The translations under genes were made by a program, and so were the position numbers. A stretch of DNA of 64,000 bases. It comes from Candidatus Latescibacterota bacterium (GTDB lineage Bacteria; Latescibacterota; UBA2968; GCA-2709665). Of this stretch, positions 46,735 through 56,107 are shown one piece after another. Within the stretch, counting starts at the first letter, position 1, and each line of letters opens with the position of its first letter. The notes under the pieces are model-generated. The model made no database searches, was not told the origin of the DNA, and saw only the letters and a program-made list of their open reading frames with translations. The stretch lies in contig OZ252100.1 of the NCBI GenBank assembly GCA_965248435.1, positions 4,864,001 to 4,928,000 on the forward strand, read 5' to 3'.

Positions 46735-47691
46735 GTGCGTAGGATTTCATATGCAGAAGCCGGAATGGAAGCGCTTTTCGAGGAGATGAGGCGCGATCAG
46801 ACGACGCTGCACCTCTCGACCGATGCCCCTGCGGCGCTTGTCGACGAGTTCGGCACCGAGCGGGTGCGCGCCACGCCGATCGCCGAAGGCGCCTTCACCG
46901 GCATCGCCATTGGCGCAGCCGGGTCGGGCTATCGGCCGATCGTCAACTGGAGCATGGTGACGTTTTCCTTCGTTGCCATGGACCAGATCGTGAACCAGGC
47001 GTCCAAGATCCATTACATGTTCGGAGGCCAGGCCAAGTTCCCCATCACCTTTCGTACCTCCGTCGGCGGCGGAACGAAGCTTGCTGCGCAGCACTCCCAG
47101 TCCCCTTACTCGATGTTCATGAACCTGGCTGGGTTGAAGCTGGTGCTGCCCTCGACGCCCTACGACATGAAGGGACTGCTCAAATCGGCGATCCGCGACG
47201 ACAACCCCGTCATCTCGTTCGAGTCCAGCCGTCTTATGGGCTTTGAAGGCGAAGTGCCCGAGGAAGAGTTTACGCTACCGCTTGGCAAGGCCGACATCAA
47301 ACGCGAGGGGAGCGATGTGACGGTGGTGGCCCTGGCCTGGCTCGTGCACGAAGCGCTTGCTGCCGCTGAACTCCTCGAGCGAGAGGGCGTCTCCGTCGAG
47401 GTGGTCGATCCGCGCACCCTCGTCCCCCTGGATCAGGCCGCGATTCGGGCATCCGTGCAGAAGACGGGACGGCTGATCATTGCCGACGAAGCCGGCCCGA
47501 CCGCCGGTGCGTCGGCAGAGATTGCCGCTGTGGCCACCGAGGATGGGGAGACGTTCGGGAAGATGAAAGCGCCGGTGAAGCGCGTCTGCGCGCTCCACGT
47601 ACCGATCCCCTACAGCCCGCCGCTCGAAGACCACGTATTTCCGAACAGGGACAAGATCGCCGCGGCCGTGAGAGAAGTTGTGGCCAGGTAG
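46735..47691 (+). CDS. TPP-dependent dehydrogenase E1 beta
   Basis: TPIAE, DQIVNQA.K..YM.GG, AQHSQ, KGLLK.AIRDDNPV, VDPRTL.PLD. Confidence 0.92.
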   Translation: MRRISYAEAGMEALFEEMRRDQTTLHLSTDAPAALVDEFGTERVRATPIAEGAFTGIAIGAAGSGYRPIVNWSMVTFSFVAMDQIVNQASKIHYMFGGQAKFPITFRTSVGGGTKLAAQHSQSPYSMFMNLAGLKLVLPSTPYDMKGLLKSAIRDDNPVISFESSRLMGFEGEVPEEEFTLPLGKADIKREGSDVTVVALAWLVHEALAAAELLEREGVSVEVVDPRTLVPLDQAAIRASVQKTGRLIIADEAGPTAGASAEIAAVATEDGETFGKMKAPVKRVCALHVPIPYSPPLEDHVFPNRDKIAAAVREVVAR

Positions 47692-47699
47692 ATGAGGCA

Positions 47700-47976
47700 C
47701 GGCTCAATTGCGGATTGCGGATTTGGGATTGCGGAATGAAAATCGGGTACCGGGAAACCAAAACACGGGTACCGGGGTCCGCAAGAGTCGTGAATAATCG
47801 TTCGTCGGTTGTTGAAACAAAACGCCCCCCTCCCGCGACTCGCTCGCTCGCGCGGGACATGCTTTACAAAGGGGGGAGATTGCTCTCTGCTAGAGAGTAC
47901 CAATCCAGGATCAAACTCTTCCCCTCCCTCGACAAGCTCAGGACATGCTTTGGAAAAGGGGGACTGAGGGGGATTT
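47700..47976. repeat. Composite intergenic repeat mosaic
   Basis: TTGCGGA heptamers, CGGGTACCGGG x2, a CCCCC...AAAGGGGG element ending GAGGGGGATTT, and an embedded CCCTCGACAAGCTCAGGACA. Confidence 0.7.
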
Positions 47977-48000
47977 CAAGATGGATCACGAAATACTGAT

Positions 48001-50655
48001 ATGCCTAACGACCAGATCAGCGTAGACGGATCGCCAGTCGACTTCGAGCCGGGCGACAGCCTGCTGGTGGCGATGCTGCGGGCCGGGCTCCATCCAACCG
48101 GAGGCGGGTGTCTGTGCCTCGCGGGCGATTGCCCGCACTGTCTGGCAACGGTGGACGGCGTCGGTTATGTGCGTACGTGTCAGGTCGCTGCAGAAAGCGG
48201 TAGAGTGGTGGCGCGGCATCACGCCGCCGCCGGTCGACCGCCCCTGATCGCCGCCGAACGGCGTGAATCGCACGTTACCGCGCGACACCTTCACTGCGAC
48301 GTCGTCGTGGTCGGGACCGGCCCGACCGGCACCGAGGAGGCGGATCGTGCCCGGGCCGAAGGCAAGGAGGTCGTGACCCTGGACGCGGGCGACGGCCAGG
48401 AGGTCGCGGGCATCTACGCGGGACTGCTGGTCATCGCAAGGACCGAGGAGGGGACGCTTTGTGTCCATCCCCGGGAGGGGATCGTGGTCGCGACCGGCGC
48501 CGCCGAGATTCAACCGGTGGCGCCGGGTGCCGAGCTGGAGGGGCTGGTGACGGCCCGGGCTGCGCGCGCTCTGGCCGAGGCCGGGATCGACCTGGGGCGT
48601 GTGGTGGCGGTGGGTGACCCGCCCGAGGGCGTCGAAGCCGAGCAGGTCGAGGGGCGCGTCGTTCGGTTCGAGGGCGCGCAGCGTGTCGAGGCCGTCGTGG
48701 TCGCCGCTCCCGACGGGACCGAGACCCGTCACACGTGCGACGCGGTCTCGCTGGGTCTGGGCTTTCATCCTCGGGACGGCCTGGGGAGGATGGGCCGTGA
48801 CCTGCCGGTCCGCGTCGTTGGCGAAGCTGCCCGCGAGTCGGACATCCCGCCCTGCCCTCTGGAAGGAACGGTCTGCCCCTGCTCTGATGTGACTGTGGCC
48901 GACCTCGAGCACGTCTGGGAGAACGGGTTCCACGAGCTGGAGCTCGTCAAGCGGGCGACCCTCGCCGGCACCGGGACGTGCCAGGGCTCGGCCTGTCTTC
49001 CACACTTGCGCAGTTTTCTCGCAGAGAAGGGCCGCGAGCTGCAGCCGCCGTTCACGGCGCGTCCGCTGACGCGCCAGCTCACCTTCGGCGAGATCGCCGC
49101 CGGCGCCTACCATCACTCGACGCCACGCACACCCCTGCACGACGAGCATCTCCGGCTCGGTGCGCAGATGGATCGAACGGGAGGGTGGTGGCGTCCCTGG
49201 ACCTACGGCGACCCGCTCGCCGAATACAAAGCCGTGCGCGACGCGGTCTCGATCGGTGACGTGAGCACGCTGGGTAAGTTCGTCGTGACGGGGCCAGACG
49301 CGCTCGCATTTCTCGAGTTTCTGTATCCGACGAAGGTTTCCACGCTTCGCCCCGGCCGCTCCCGGTATGTGCTGCTGCTGGACGAACGCGGCTACGTCCT
49401 GGACGACGGCCTGATCTGCAGGGAGCGCAACGACCGCTTCTACCTGACACTGACGAGCGCCGGATCTACCTTTGGCGAGATGTGGATCCGGGATTGGGCG
49501 GAGTCCCGGGGCTTCGACATCCGTTTGCTGAACCAGACCCAATCTCTGGGCGCCATCAACGTGACCGGGCCGCGTGCGGCGGAGCTGCTGGCGCGCACCG
49601 GTGTCGAGAGACTGCCGGGGTTCGCCCGACACAGCGTCGTGGACGTGGCGGGCGTGACCTGCCGGATCCTGCGGTTGAGCTTCACCGGCGAGCTGTCGTT
49701 CGAGCTGCACCACGCCGCCGCCGATTCGGTCCGTCTGTGGCGGACGCTCCTCGATCTCGGCGAGGATATGGGGATCCATCCCCACGGGATGGACGTCCTG
49801 TTTCAGCTCCGGTTGGAGAAGGGACACGTCATCGTCGGCCAGGACACGGACTTCGATTCTACGCCGCGCAGGATTCACCACGAATGGGCAGTCAAGCTGG
49901 ACAAGCCGGAGTTCCTCGGCCGCCAGGCGGTCGTGCGCACGAACAAGGTGCCCCTCGATCGCCAACTCGTCGGGCTGGAGATGGACCTGCCGGCGCCGAT
50001 GGAGGGCGCGGTCGTCTGGAATGGAACAGATTACGCGGGCACCGTGACGTCGAGCACGGCCTCTCATAGCCTGGGCAAGGCGGTGATGCTGGCCTGGATC
50101 TGGCTGACGAACGGGGCGCTCCCGGACAGTGTCACGATCGACGGCCGGACTGCCCGCCGGGCAGAGCTGCCGTTCTACGATCCCGGAGACGAGAGGTCTC
50201 GGGCCAAGGTGGCGCTGGATCTCGCAAGGGCCGTGGATGGAACTTCGTCCGCGATACAGGTCGACCAGGACATGGGGCGTTTCGAAAGGATCGAAGCAAC
50301 GCGGCTCGTGGCTTCTCCCGCGGCCCTGGATCGGATCGAATTGCCATCGGGCGCCCTCGCCCTGAGAATCGCTCCTGATGAGCTTCTGGTCACCCCGGTG
50401 TTGTCGCTGGACGACCTGGATGACGCGCACACGATCGCCGAGCGCGAGACCGGGTTTGTGGGGGCGTGGGTGGAGATGCAGGAGGCAATGCGGTTTCTGG
50501 AGGGGGCGTGTCCGTGGGTCCTGCCGACCGAACGGCCGGCCTTCGCCCAGGGCGCGGTCGCCGATATCCCTGTCAAGCTGTTGCTCGAGGAAGAGCGGGT
50601 GCTGTTCGTCGTGCCGGCCCCTTACGCCGCTGACCTTGAGGAGCGAATGGCATGA
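48001..50655 (+). CDS. Sarcosine-oxidase-alpha-like fusion protein (2Fe-2S, reduced Rossmann, BFD-like, GcvT folate-binding and SoxG-like domains)
   Basis: CLCLAGDCPHC..TC, CPCSDV, GTGTCQG..C, PFT.RP, RTPLH..H, DVSTLGK, DDG, SFTGE..FE, LRLEKG; C-terminal ALRIAPDE...FAQG. Confidence 0.85.
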   Translation: MPNDQISVDGSPVDFEPGDSLLVAMLRAGLHPTGGGCLCLAGDCPHCLATVDGVGYVRTCQVAAESGRVVARHHAAAGRPPLIAAERRESHVTARHLHCDVVVVGTGPTGTEEADRARAEGKEVVTLDAGDGQEVAGIYAGLLVIARTEEGTLCVHPREGIVVATGAAEIQPVAPGAELEGLVTARAARALAEAGIDLGRVVAVGDPPEGVEAEQVEGRVVRFEGAQRVEAVVVAAPDGTETRHTCDAVSLGLGFHPRDGLGRMGRDLPVRVVGEAARESDIPPCPLEGTVCPCSDVTVADLEHVWENGFHELELVKRATLAGTGTCQGSACLPHLRSFLAEKGRELQPPFTARPLTRQLTFGEIAAGAYHHSTPRTPLHDEHLRLGAQMDRTGGWWRPWTYGDPLAEYKAVRDAVSIGDVSTLGKFVVTGPDALAFLEFLYPTKVSTLRPGRSRYVLLLDERGYVLDDGLICRERNDRFYLTLTSAGSTFGEMWIRDWAESRGFDIRLLNQTQSLGAINVTGPRAAELLARTGVERLPGFARHSVVDVAGVTCRILRLSFTGELSFELHHAAADSVRLWRTLLDLGEDMGIHPHGMDVLFQLRLEKGHVIVGQDTDFDSTPRRIHHEWAVKLDKPEFLGRQAVVRTNKVPLDRQLVGLEMDLPAPMEGAVVWNGTDYAGTVTSSTASHSLGKAVMLAWIWLTNGALPDSVTIDGRTARRAELPFYDPGDERSRAKVALDLARAVDGTSSAIQVDQDMGRFERIEATRLVASPAALDRIELPSGALALRIAPDELLVTPVLSLDDLDDAHTIAERETGFVGAWVEMQEAMRFLEGACPWVLPTERPAFAQGAVADIPVKLLLEEERVLFVVPAPYAADLEERMA

Positions 50656-51860
50656 ACGAATTCGTCGAGCGCCTGATCTCGCTGCGCTGGGCCGAACCCA
50701 GGAGCGCCTACGACGTCGTGATCGTCGGCGGCGGCGGCCACGGTCTGGCGACCGCCTACTACCTGGCGACGCGCCACGGCATCCAAAACGTGGCGGTGCT
50801 CGAGCGCGGCTATATTGGCAGCGGCAACTCCGGTCGAAACACAACGGTGATTCGATCCAACTACGGGATCCCGGAAGCGGTCCGCTTCTATCAGCACAGC
50901 ATCGAGCTCTACCAGGGCCTGGAAGCGGAGACCGGTCGCGGCGTCATGCACCAGCAGAAGGGAATGCTCTGGCTGGCGCACAGTGAGATGGGGTTGCGGG
51001 CCGAGCGAACGCGTGCCGAGGTCAATACCGCCTTCGGCGCTAGGACCGAGTACGTGGAGCCCGAACGAATTCGCGAGATCTGCCCTCAGATCGACATGAG
51101 CGGCGGCGGTGTGTGGCCAATCCTGGGCGCAAGTTACCACGCCGAAGCGGCGACGGCGAGGCACGACCGGGTCGTGTGGGCCTATGCCGAAGGTGCGATC
51201 GAGCGAGGTGTCGACGTCGTCCAGCGCACGCCGGTCACCGGGCTGCTGAAAGAGGGCGACCGGGTCGTCGGCGTCGAGACGCCGAAAGGACCGATCTCGG
51301 CAGGTCTGGTGGTCTCCGCGGTCGGGGGCCACGTGACGACGCTGGCTTCGATGGCCGGTCTTCGGCTGCCGATCCGCACCCATCCCCTCCAGGCATTCGT
51401 CACCAACCATTACAGGAATGAGTTTCACCCGATCGTGCTGTCGGCAGACCTGCTATTCTACGTGTCGCAGACCGCTCGGGGTGAGATGCTCCTCGGGGCC
51501 GAGATCGATCGCCAGCCGAGTTATTCCTATCGCGCGGGGCACGCGTTCATCCAATCGCTCGCGCATCGGGCGATGACGCTCCTGCCTTTCCTGGGGAACC
51601 TGAAGGTGCTGCGTCAGTGGACGGGCGTCTGTGACATGAGTCCCGACTATTCGCCTATCATGGGCAAGACGGGGGTCGACGGGTTCTACCTGACGACCGG
51701 CTGGGGCACGTGGGGCTTCAAGGCAATCCCCGCCGGCGGGGAACAGATGGCGAGGTTGATCGCGGAAGGAGAGACGCCGGAGCTGATGGCGCCCTTTTCG
51801 CTCGAGCGGTTTGCCGGGGACCGTACGATGGCAGATCGTGGATCGGCTGGAACACACTAA
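50652..51860 (+). CDS. soxB: Sarcosine oxidase subunit beta
   Basis: GGGGHGLATAYYLA, GNSGRNTT.IRSNY, ARHD (covalent FMN His), PLQAFV, GWGTWGFKA.P. Confidence 0.9.
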   Translation: MNEFVERLISLRWAEPRSAYDVVIVGGGGHGLATAYYLATRHGIQNVAVLERGYIGSGNSGRNTTVIRSNYGIPEAVRFYQHSIELYQGLEAETGRGVMHQQKGMLWLAHSEMGLRAERTRAEVNTAFGARTEYVEPERIREICPQIDMSGGGVWPILGASYHAEAATARHDRVVWAYAEGAIERGVDVVQRTPVTGLLKEGDRVVGVETPKGPISAGLVVSAVGGHVTTLASMAGLRLPIRTHPLQAFVTNHYRNEFHPIVLSADLLFYVSQTARGEMLLGAEIDRQPSYSYRAGHAFIQSLAHRAMTLLPFLGNLKVLRQWTGVCDMSPDYSPIMGKTGVDGFYLTTGWGTWGFKAIPAGGEQMARLIAEGETPELMAPFSLERFAGDRTMADRGSAGTH

Positions 51861-51892
51861 TGTATGGTGGGTCGAATGGTAGACATGGAAAC

Positions 51893-52001
51893 AAATCCCC
51901 CCTACCCCCCTTTTCCAAAGGGGGAAGGTTACTCTTTCCGAGAGAAAGTCCATTCGAAAGCAATTCCTCCCCCTTTCCCAAAGGGGGATTGAGGGGGATT
52001 T
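51893..52001. repeat. AATCCCCC...GGGGGATT palindromic repeat
   Basis: AAATCCCCCCTACCCCCCTTTTCCAAAGGGGG ... CCCCCTTTCCCAAAGGGGGATTGAGGGGGATTT; related to 47822-47976. Confidence 0.8.
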
Positions 52002-52073
52002 CAAAGATGCATCACAATCCTTCGTCGCTTCTACCGATAGGCCGATGAGAGCCAGGGAAATCAGGAGCTGCAA

Positions 52074-52316
52074 ATGAGTTTACAGATAGAGTGTCCGAAC
52101 TGCGGCCGTCGACCCCTGGAAGAGTTCCTCTACGGGGAGATCCTGGTCGTGCCCGACAGCCTGACGGACGCGGATGAGCGCGACCTGGACCGGGGCTTCA
52201 TGCACGAGAATCCGGAGGGGCCTACGACGGAGCGCTGGTTCCACGCATTCGGCTGCCGCAGATGGCTGACCCTGACGCGGGACACGCGGACGGACGAGAT
52301 TCTGGGCCACGACTGA
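52074..52316 (+). CDS. soxD: Sarcosine oxidase subunit delta
   Basis: CPNCG.R...EF.YG, NP.G...E.W.H..GC.RW....RDT. Confidence 0.92.
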   Translation: MSLQIECPNCGRRPLEEFLYGEILVVPDSLTDADERDLDRGFMHENPEGPTTERWFHAFGCRRWLTLTRDTRTDEILGHD

Positions 52317-52327
52317 ATCGAGGAGAC

Positions 52328-53299
52328 ATGCTCACACCACAGCAGTTGGTTCGTTATAGCGAGGACGGCTACCTGGTCCTGCGCGGTTTGCTCGAGCCGG
52401 AGCGTGACCTCGCGCCGCTTCGTGCGGAGTACGAATCGCTGCTGGATGTGGTAGCGGCCAAGCTCCAGGCCGACGGTGTCGTCTCTTCCAGACACGCGGA
52501 TCTGCCGTTCGGTCAGCGCTTCTGTGCCCTCGTGAAGGAGATGGGGGGGACGCTGATGAACCTCATGGATATCTGCCTGCCGCAGAAGGGGGTCACAGCC
52601 GACACACCGGTCCACTGCGGTCCGGGCGTCTTCGGACTGCTCAAAAACCCGCGCCTGCTCGACGCGGTGGAGGCGATCGTCGGCCCGGAGATCACCTCCA
52701 ATCCTACCCAGCACGTGCGGATCAAGCCGCCTGAGGACTGTCTCGCGCAGGACGAAACGATCGTCGGTGAGATCGCCCAGACCGTCTGGCACCAGGATCT
52801 TGCCACGGTGATGCCCGAAGCAGACGAGAGCCTGATCCTGACCGTGTGGATCCCGGTCACAAAGGCCACCCGGGAAAACGGCTGCCTGCTCGTCGCGCCG
52901 GGCAGCCACAAGCAGGGCCTCGTGACACACAAACACGACCCGCGATCGAACTTCAGCCGACAGGCGATACCCGACGAGCTGGTCGGTGACCGGAGCGTCG
53001 CACTGGAGATGGACCCGGGCGACGTCGTGTTCTTGAGCAAGCTGATGATGCACGCCTCGCTGCCCAACCTGAGCGAGGATGTTCGCTGGAGTGTGGATCT
53101 GCGCTACCAGCCCACCGGCGAGCCCACTGGAAGGCCCTGGTTTCCGGGCTTCGTCGCTCGCAGCCGGGCCGCGCCGGACAGCGTGCTGCCAGACGCTGCA
53201 GCCTGGGCGGCGCTTTGGCACGAGGCTCGCGAGCGGCTCGCGGCCGAGCCCCCCGCGTCGTTTCAGCGATGGCCGGAGGGGGATCCGGATCGCGCGTGA
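52328..53299 (+). CDS. Phytanoyl-CoA dioxygenase (PhyH) family Fe/2OG enzyme
   Basis: WHQD, ENGCL...PGSH, distal MHAS, RWSVDLRY. Confidence 0.92.
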   Translation: MLTPQQLVRYSEDGYLVLRGLLEPERDLAPLRAEYESLLDVVAAKLQADGVVSSRHADLPFGQRFCALVKEMGGTLMNLMDICLPQKGVTADTPVHCGPGVFGLLKNPRLLDAVEAIVGPEITSNPTQHVRIKPPEDCLAQDETIVGEIAQTVWHQDLATVMPEADESLILTVWIPVTKATRENGCLLVAPGSHKQGLVTHKHDPRSNFSRQAIPDELVGDRSVALEMDPGDVVFLSKLMMHASLPNLSEDVRWSVDLRYQPTGEPTGRPWFPGFVARSRAAPDSVLPDAAAWAALWHEARERLAAEPPASFQRWPEGDPDRA

Positions 53300-53336
53300 C
53301 CACCAAGACACGGTAGCTTGTTATGCGGGCTAGTCG

Positions 53337-54272
53337 TTGATAGACACGAAAGCTCCCATGGATTTCGGCATAAAACTTACAACAAAGGATTTCTTCGATA
53401 AGGAACCTTCACCCGTTATCGAAGAACAGGACGAATTCTTATCCCGCATCAAAAGCGCAGGCATAGATTTCGTAGAAATTCAGCACAATGACGGTGTATC
53501 CTGGGATGATATCTATAAACTCGCGAGACGATGCGCTGAGCACGGACTCTACGCTTCGGTCCATCCCTACCCTTCAGAGAATCTAAGGGCCGAAGTGTTT
53601 ACCGAGACCGATTCCTCCGACTTGCTTACGGAACTATTGAACAATGTCGCCACCGTCAAAGAGATTACCGGACGTGCTGTCCGCCTGACATTTCATGGCG
53701 GGGTCGCCAACGGAAGCCCGTGTCACCAGAATCTGGCGGATGCGACCGCGCACGCCAGGCAGTTTGTCGCGTGGATGGTGAACAAGGTGGAAACCGACTA
53801 TCCGGACATTCTCCTTTTCTTCGAAACGCAGATCCCTGCAGGTCTGGACAACGATGTGATGGTTCGGCTGGGCGACACCTTCGATTCCCTGCTTGATCTG
53901 GCAGAGGGAACAGATGCACGATTCACCTGGGATTTCGGACACAGCTTTGTGAGCTCACGGATCAACAAGCAGGCCTTACAGCCGCCTGCCGAATTCCTGG
54001 CACGCGTAGGACACGTTCACGCGCACGACGTCGTCGAGATCGAAAAGGCGAAGTTTGGGCTCAGGGACCATCGCCCGATAGGCACGGGAATCTGTCCGTG
54101 GAAGGAATACTGTCAGCTCCTCAGCACAGTTGGCTTCGACGAAACGATCGAGTTTGAACTTGGCCTCGACCAGTTTGCAGACATCGAGGAATACGAGAAG
54201 ATGATCGCCGGCGCCACGCGTGACATCCGTTCGATTATCAGCAGTTCTGACAAGGATCCGATTCGTGTCTAA
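53337..54272 (+). CDS. Sugar-phosphate isomerase/epimerase TIM-barrel (AP endonuclease 2 family)
   Basis: FET, WDFGH, HVHAHD, DH.PIG.G, EFE metal motifs. Confidence 0.8.
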   Translation: MIDTKAPMDFGIKLTTKDFFDKEPSPVIEEQDEFLSRIKSAGIDFVEIQHNDGVSWDDIYKLARRCAEHGLYASVHPYPSENLRAEVFTETDSSDLLTELLNNVATVKEITGRAVRLTFHGGVANGSPCHQNLADATAHARQFVAWMVNKVETDYPDILLFFETQIPAGLDNDVMVRLGDTFDSLLDLAEGTDARFTWDFGHSFVSSRINKQALQPPAEFLARVGHVHAHDVVEIEKAKFGLRDHRPIGTGICPWKEYCQLLSTVGFDETIEFELGLDQFADIEEYEKMIAGATRDIRSIISSSDKDPIRV

Positions 54273-56088
54273 ACTGTATGAAGGCTCATCCCAGCAGTAC
54301 GATGTGATTTGTGAGAAGAATGTGATGGTGCCCGTGCGTGACGGTGTCTGTCTGGCCACGGATATCTATTTTCCGGCACGGGGCGGGCAGCGGGCTTCGG
54401 GCCGGTTTCCGGTGATTCTGGAACGTACGCCCTACGACAAAGCGTTGGCGTCGTTGGTGAACAACGGCAACGCCTTTGCCCGTCGCGGCTATGTGTGCTG
54501 CATCCAGGATGTGCGCGGGCGTTTTGAAAGCGAAGGTGAATGGTATCCGTTCGCGAAGGAGGCATCGGACGGCTATGACACGGTGGAGTGGCTCGCCGCC
54601 CAGGCGTGGTGCGATGGCCAGGTGGGCACGATGGGGGCTTCGTATGCCGGCAGCGATCAGTCCGCGCTGGCGACACTCAATCCACCACACCTGAAGACGA
54701 TGATCGTGGCGGTCGGTGCAAACAACTACTATCACTGCTCCATGCGCCAGAACGGGGCGCTGGAGCTGCGCTTCCTGATCTACGTCTTTCGGATGGCGAC
54801 GACCAGCAAGGAAGCCCTCGCAAATCCTGAACTCGGAGCGGCATTAAAAGAGGCCTACGCCAACGTCGGTGAACTGCTGACTAGGTTGCCGTTCAAGCGA
54901 GGGGCTACGGCATTGCACCGGCTGCCCCTCTACGAACAGTGGGTCCTGGACATCCTCACCCACGGTGAATACGATCCCTACTGGCAGCAGAGAGGCTATG
55001 CCATCTCTCACTACTACGAGGAGCACGCCGATGCGCCGACCCTTTACCTCGGTGGCTGGTACGACTCCTACGCACGGGCGACCTGCGAGAACTTCAAAGC
55101 TTTGAGCGAGCTCAAGGAATCGCGACAGGCGTTGCTGATGGGGCCGTGGACGCACGGTGGTTGGGATGTGACCTATGCCGGCGACGTCGACTTCGGAACC
55201 CATTCCTTCATGAACTATAATGACCTGCGCCTGGCCTGGTTCGACCACTTCCTCAAGGGACTGCACACCGAGGTGGCCGATTGGGCGCCGGTCAAGATTT
55301 TCGTTATGGGGACGGGCGATGGCCGTCGCAACTACGACGGTCGCCTGTGCCACGGAGGCACCTGGCGCGACGAACCGAGCTTCCCGCTGCCCGACACGCG
55401 GTTCACGCCCTACTTCCTCCACACCGGCGACAAGCTCTCGCCCGACGCACCACAGGACACGGAGGTCGAGCCCAGCCGCTACACCTTCGACCCCCGCGAT
55501 CCCGTGCCCAACATCGGCGGTTCCATCTCGGCGGCGGCCCCGATCATGCACTCTGGCGCGTTCGACCAGCGCGGCGCCGAGGCCTTCTACGGCTGTGGAG
55601 ACACCCTGCCCCTCAACGCCCGCAGTGACGTGCTCACCTTTCAGACGGCACCGCTGGATAGCGACGTGGAGGTGACCGGACCGATCACGGTCAAGCTATT
55701 CGCCGCCTCATCGGCCCGCGACACCGATTTCACCGCCAAGCTGATCGACGTGCACCCACCCTCGCCGGACGATCCGGACGGGCTGGCGATCAACCTGACC
55801 GATTCGATCATTCGGGCGCGTTACCGCAACGGCTTCGAGAAGCCTGAACTTTTGGAGCCTGAACAGGTGGTTGCGTTCACGTTTGAGCTCTATCCGACGG
55901 CCAATCTGTTCAAGACCGGCCACCGCATACGTCTGGACATCAGCAGCAGCAACTTCCCCCGATTCGACGTCAATCCGAACACGGGGGGTCCGCTGGGAAG
56001 GGAACGCCGGTTTGAGCTTGCCCATCAAGCCATCTATCACGATGCTGAACACCCGTCGCACATCATCCTGCCCATCATCGATCGATAG
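54265..56088 (+). CDS. CocE/NonD family hydrolase
   Basis: RDGV.LATDIY.P, RTPY, QDVRGRF.SEG, nucleophile GASY, GGWYD, GPWTH, ISSSNFPRF. Confidence 0.93.
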   Translation: MSKLYEGSSQQYDVICEKNVMVPVRDGVCLATDIYFPARGGQRASGRFPVILERTPYDKALASLVNNGNAFARRGYVCCIQDVRGRFESEGEWYPFAKEASDGYDTVEWLAAQAWCDGQVGTMGASYAGSDQSALATLNPPHLKTMIVAVGANNYYHCSMRQNGALELRFLIYVFRMATTSKEALANPELGAALKEAYANVGELLTRLPFKRGATALHRLPLYEQWVLDILTHGEYDPYWQQRGYAISHYYEEHADAPTLYLGGWYDSYARATCENFKALSELKESRQALLMGPWTHGGWDVTYAGDVDFGTHSFMNYNDLRLAWFDHFLKGLHTEVADWAPVKIFVMGTGDGRRNYDGRLCHGGTWRDEPSFPLPDTRFTPYFLHTGDKLSPDAPQDTEVEPSRYTFDPRDPVPNIGGSISAAAPIMHSGAFDQRGAEAFYGCGDTLPLNARSDVLTFQTAPLDSDVEVTGPITVKLFAASSARDTDFTAKLIDVHPPSPDDPDGLAINLTDSIIRARYRNGFEKPELLEPEQVVAFTFELYPTANLFKTGHRIRLDISSSNFPRFDVNPNTGGPLGRERRFELAHQAIYHDAEHPSHIILPIIDR

Positions 56089-56107
56089 ACTGAGGAAGCG
56101 AGTCAGC

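Noticed and set aside
47986-50844. 952-aa minus-strand ORF, and similar long antisense ORFs at 24530-26494, 41101-42765 and 5656-6975
   Set aside because: These are shadow ORFs opposite well-supported genes in GC-rich DNA, with Arg/Pro-rich composition and no motifs.
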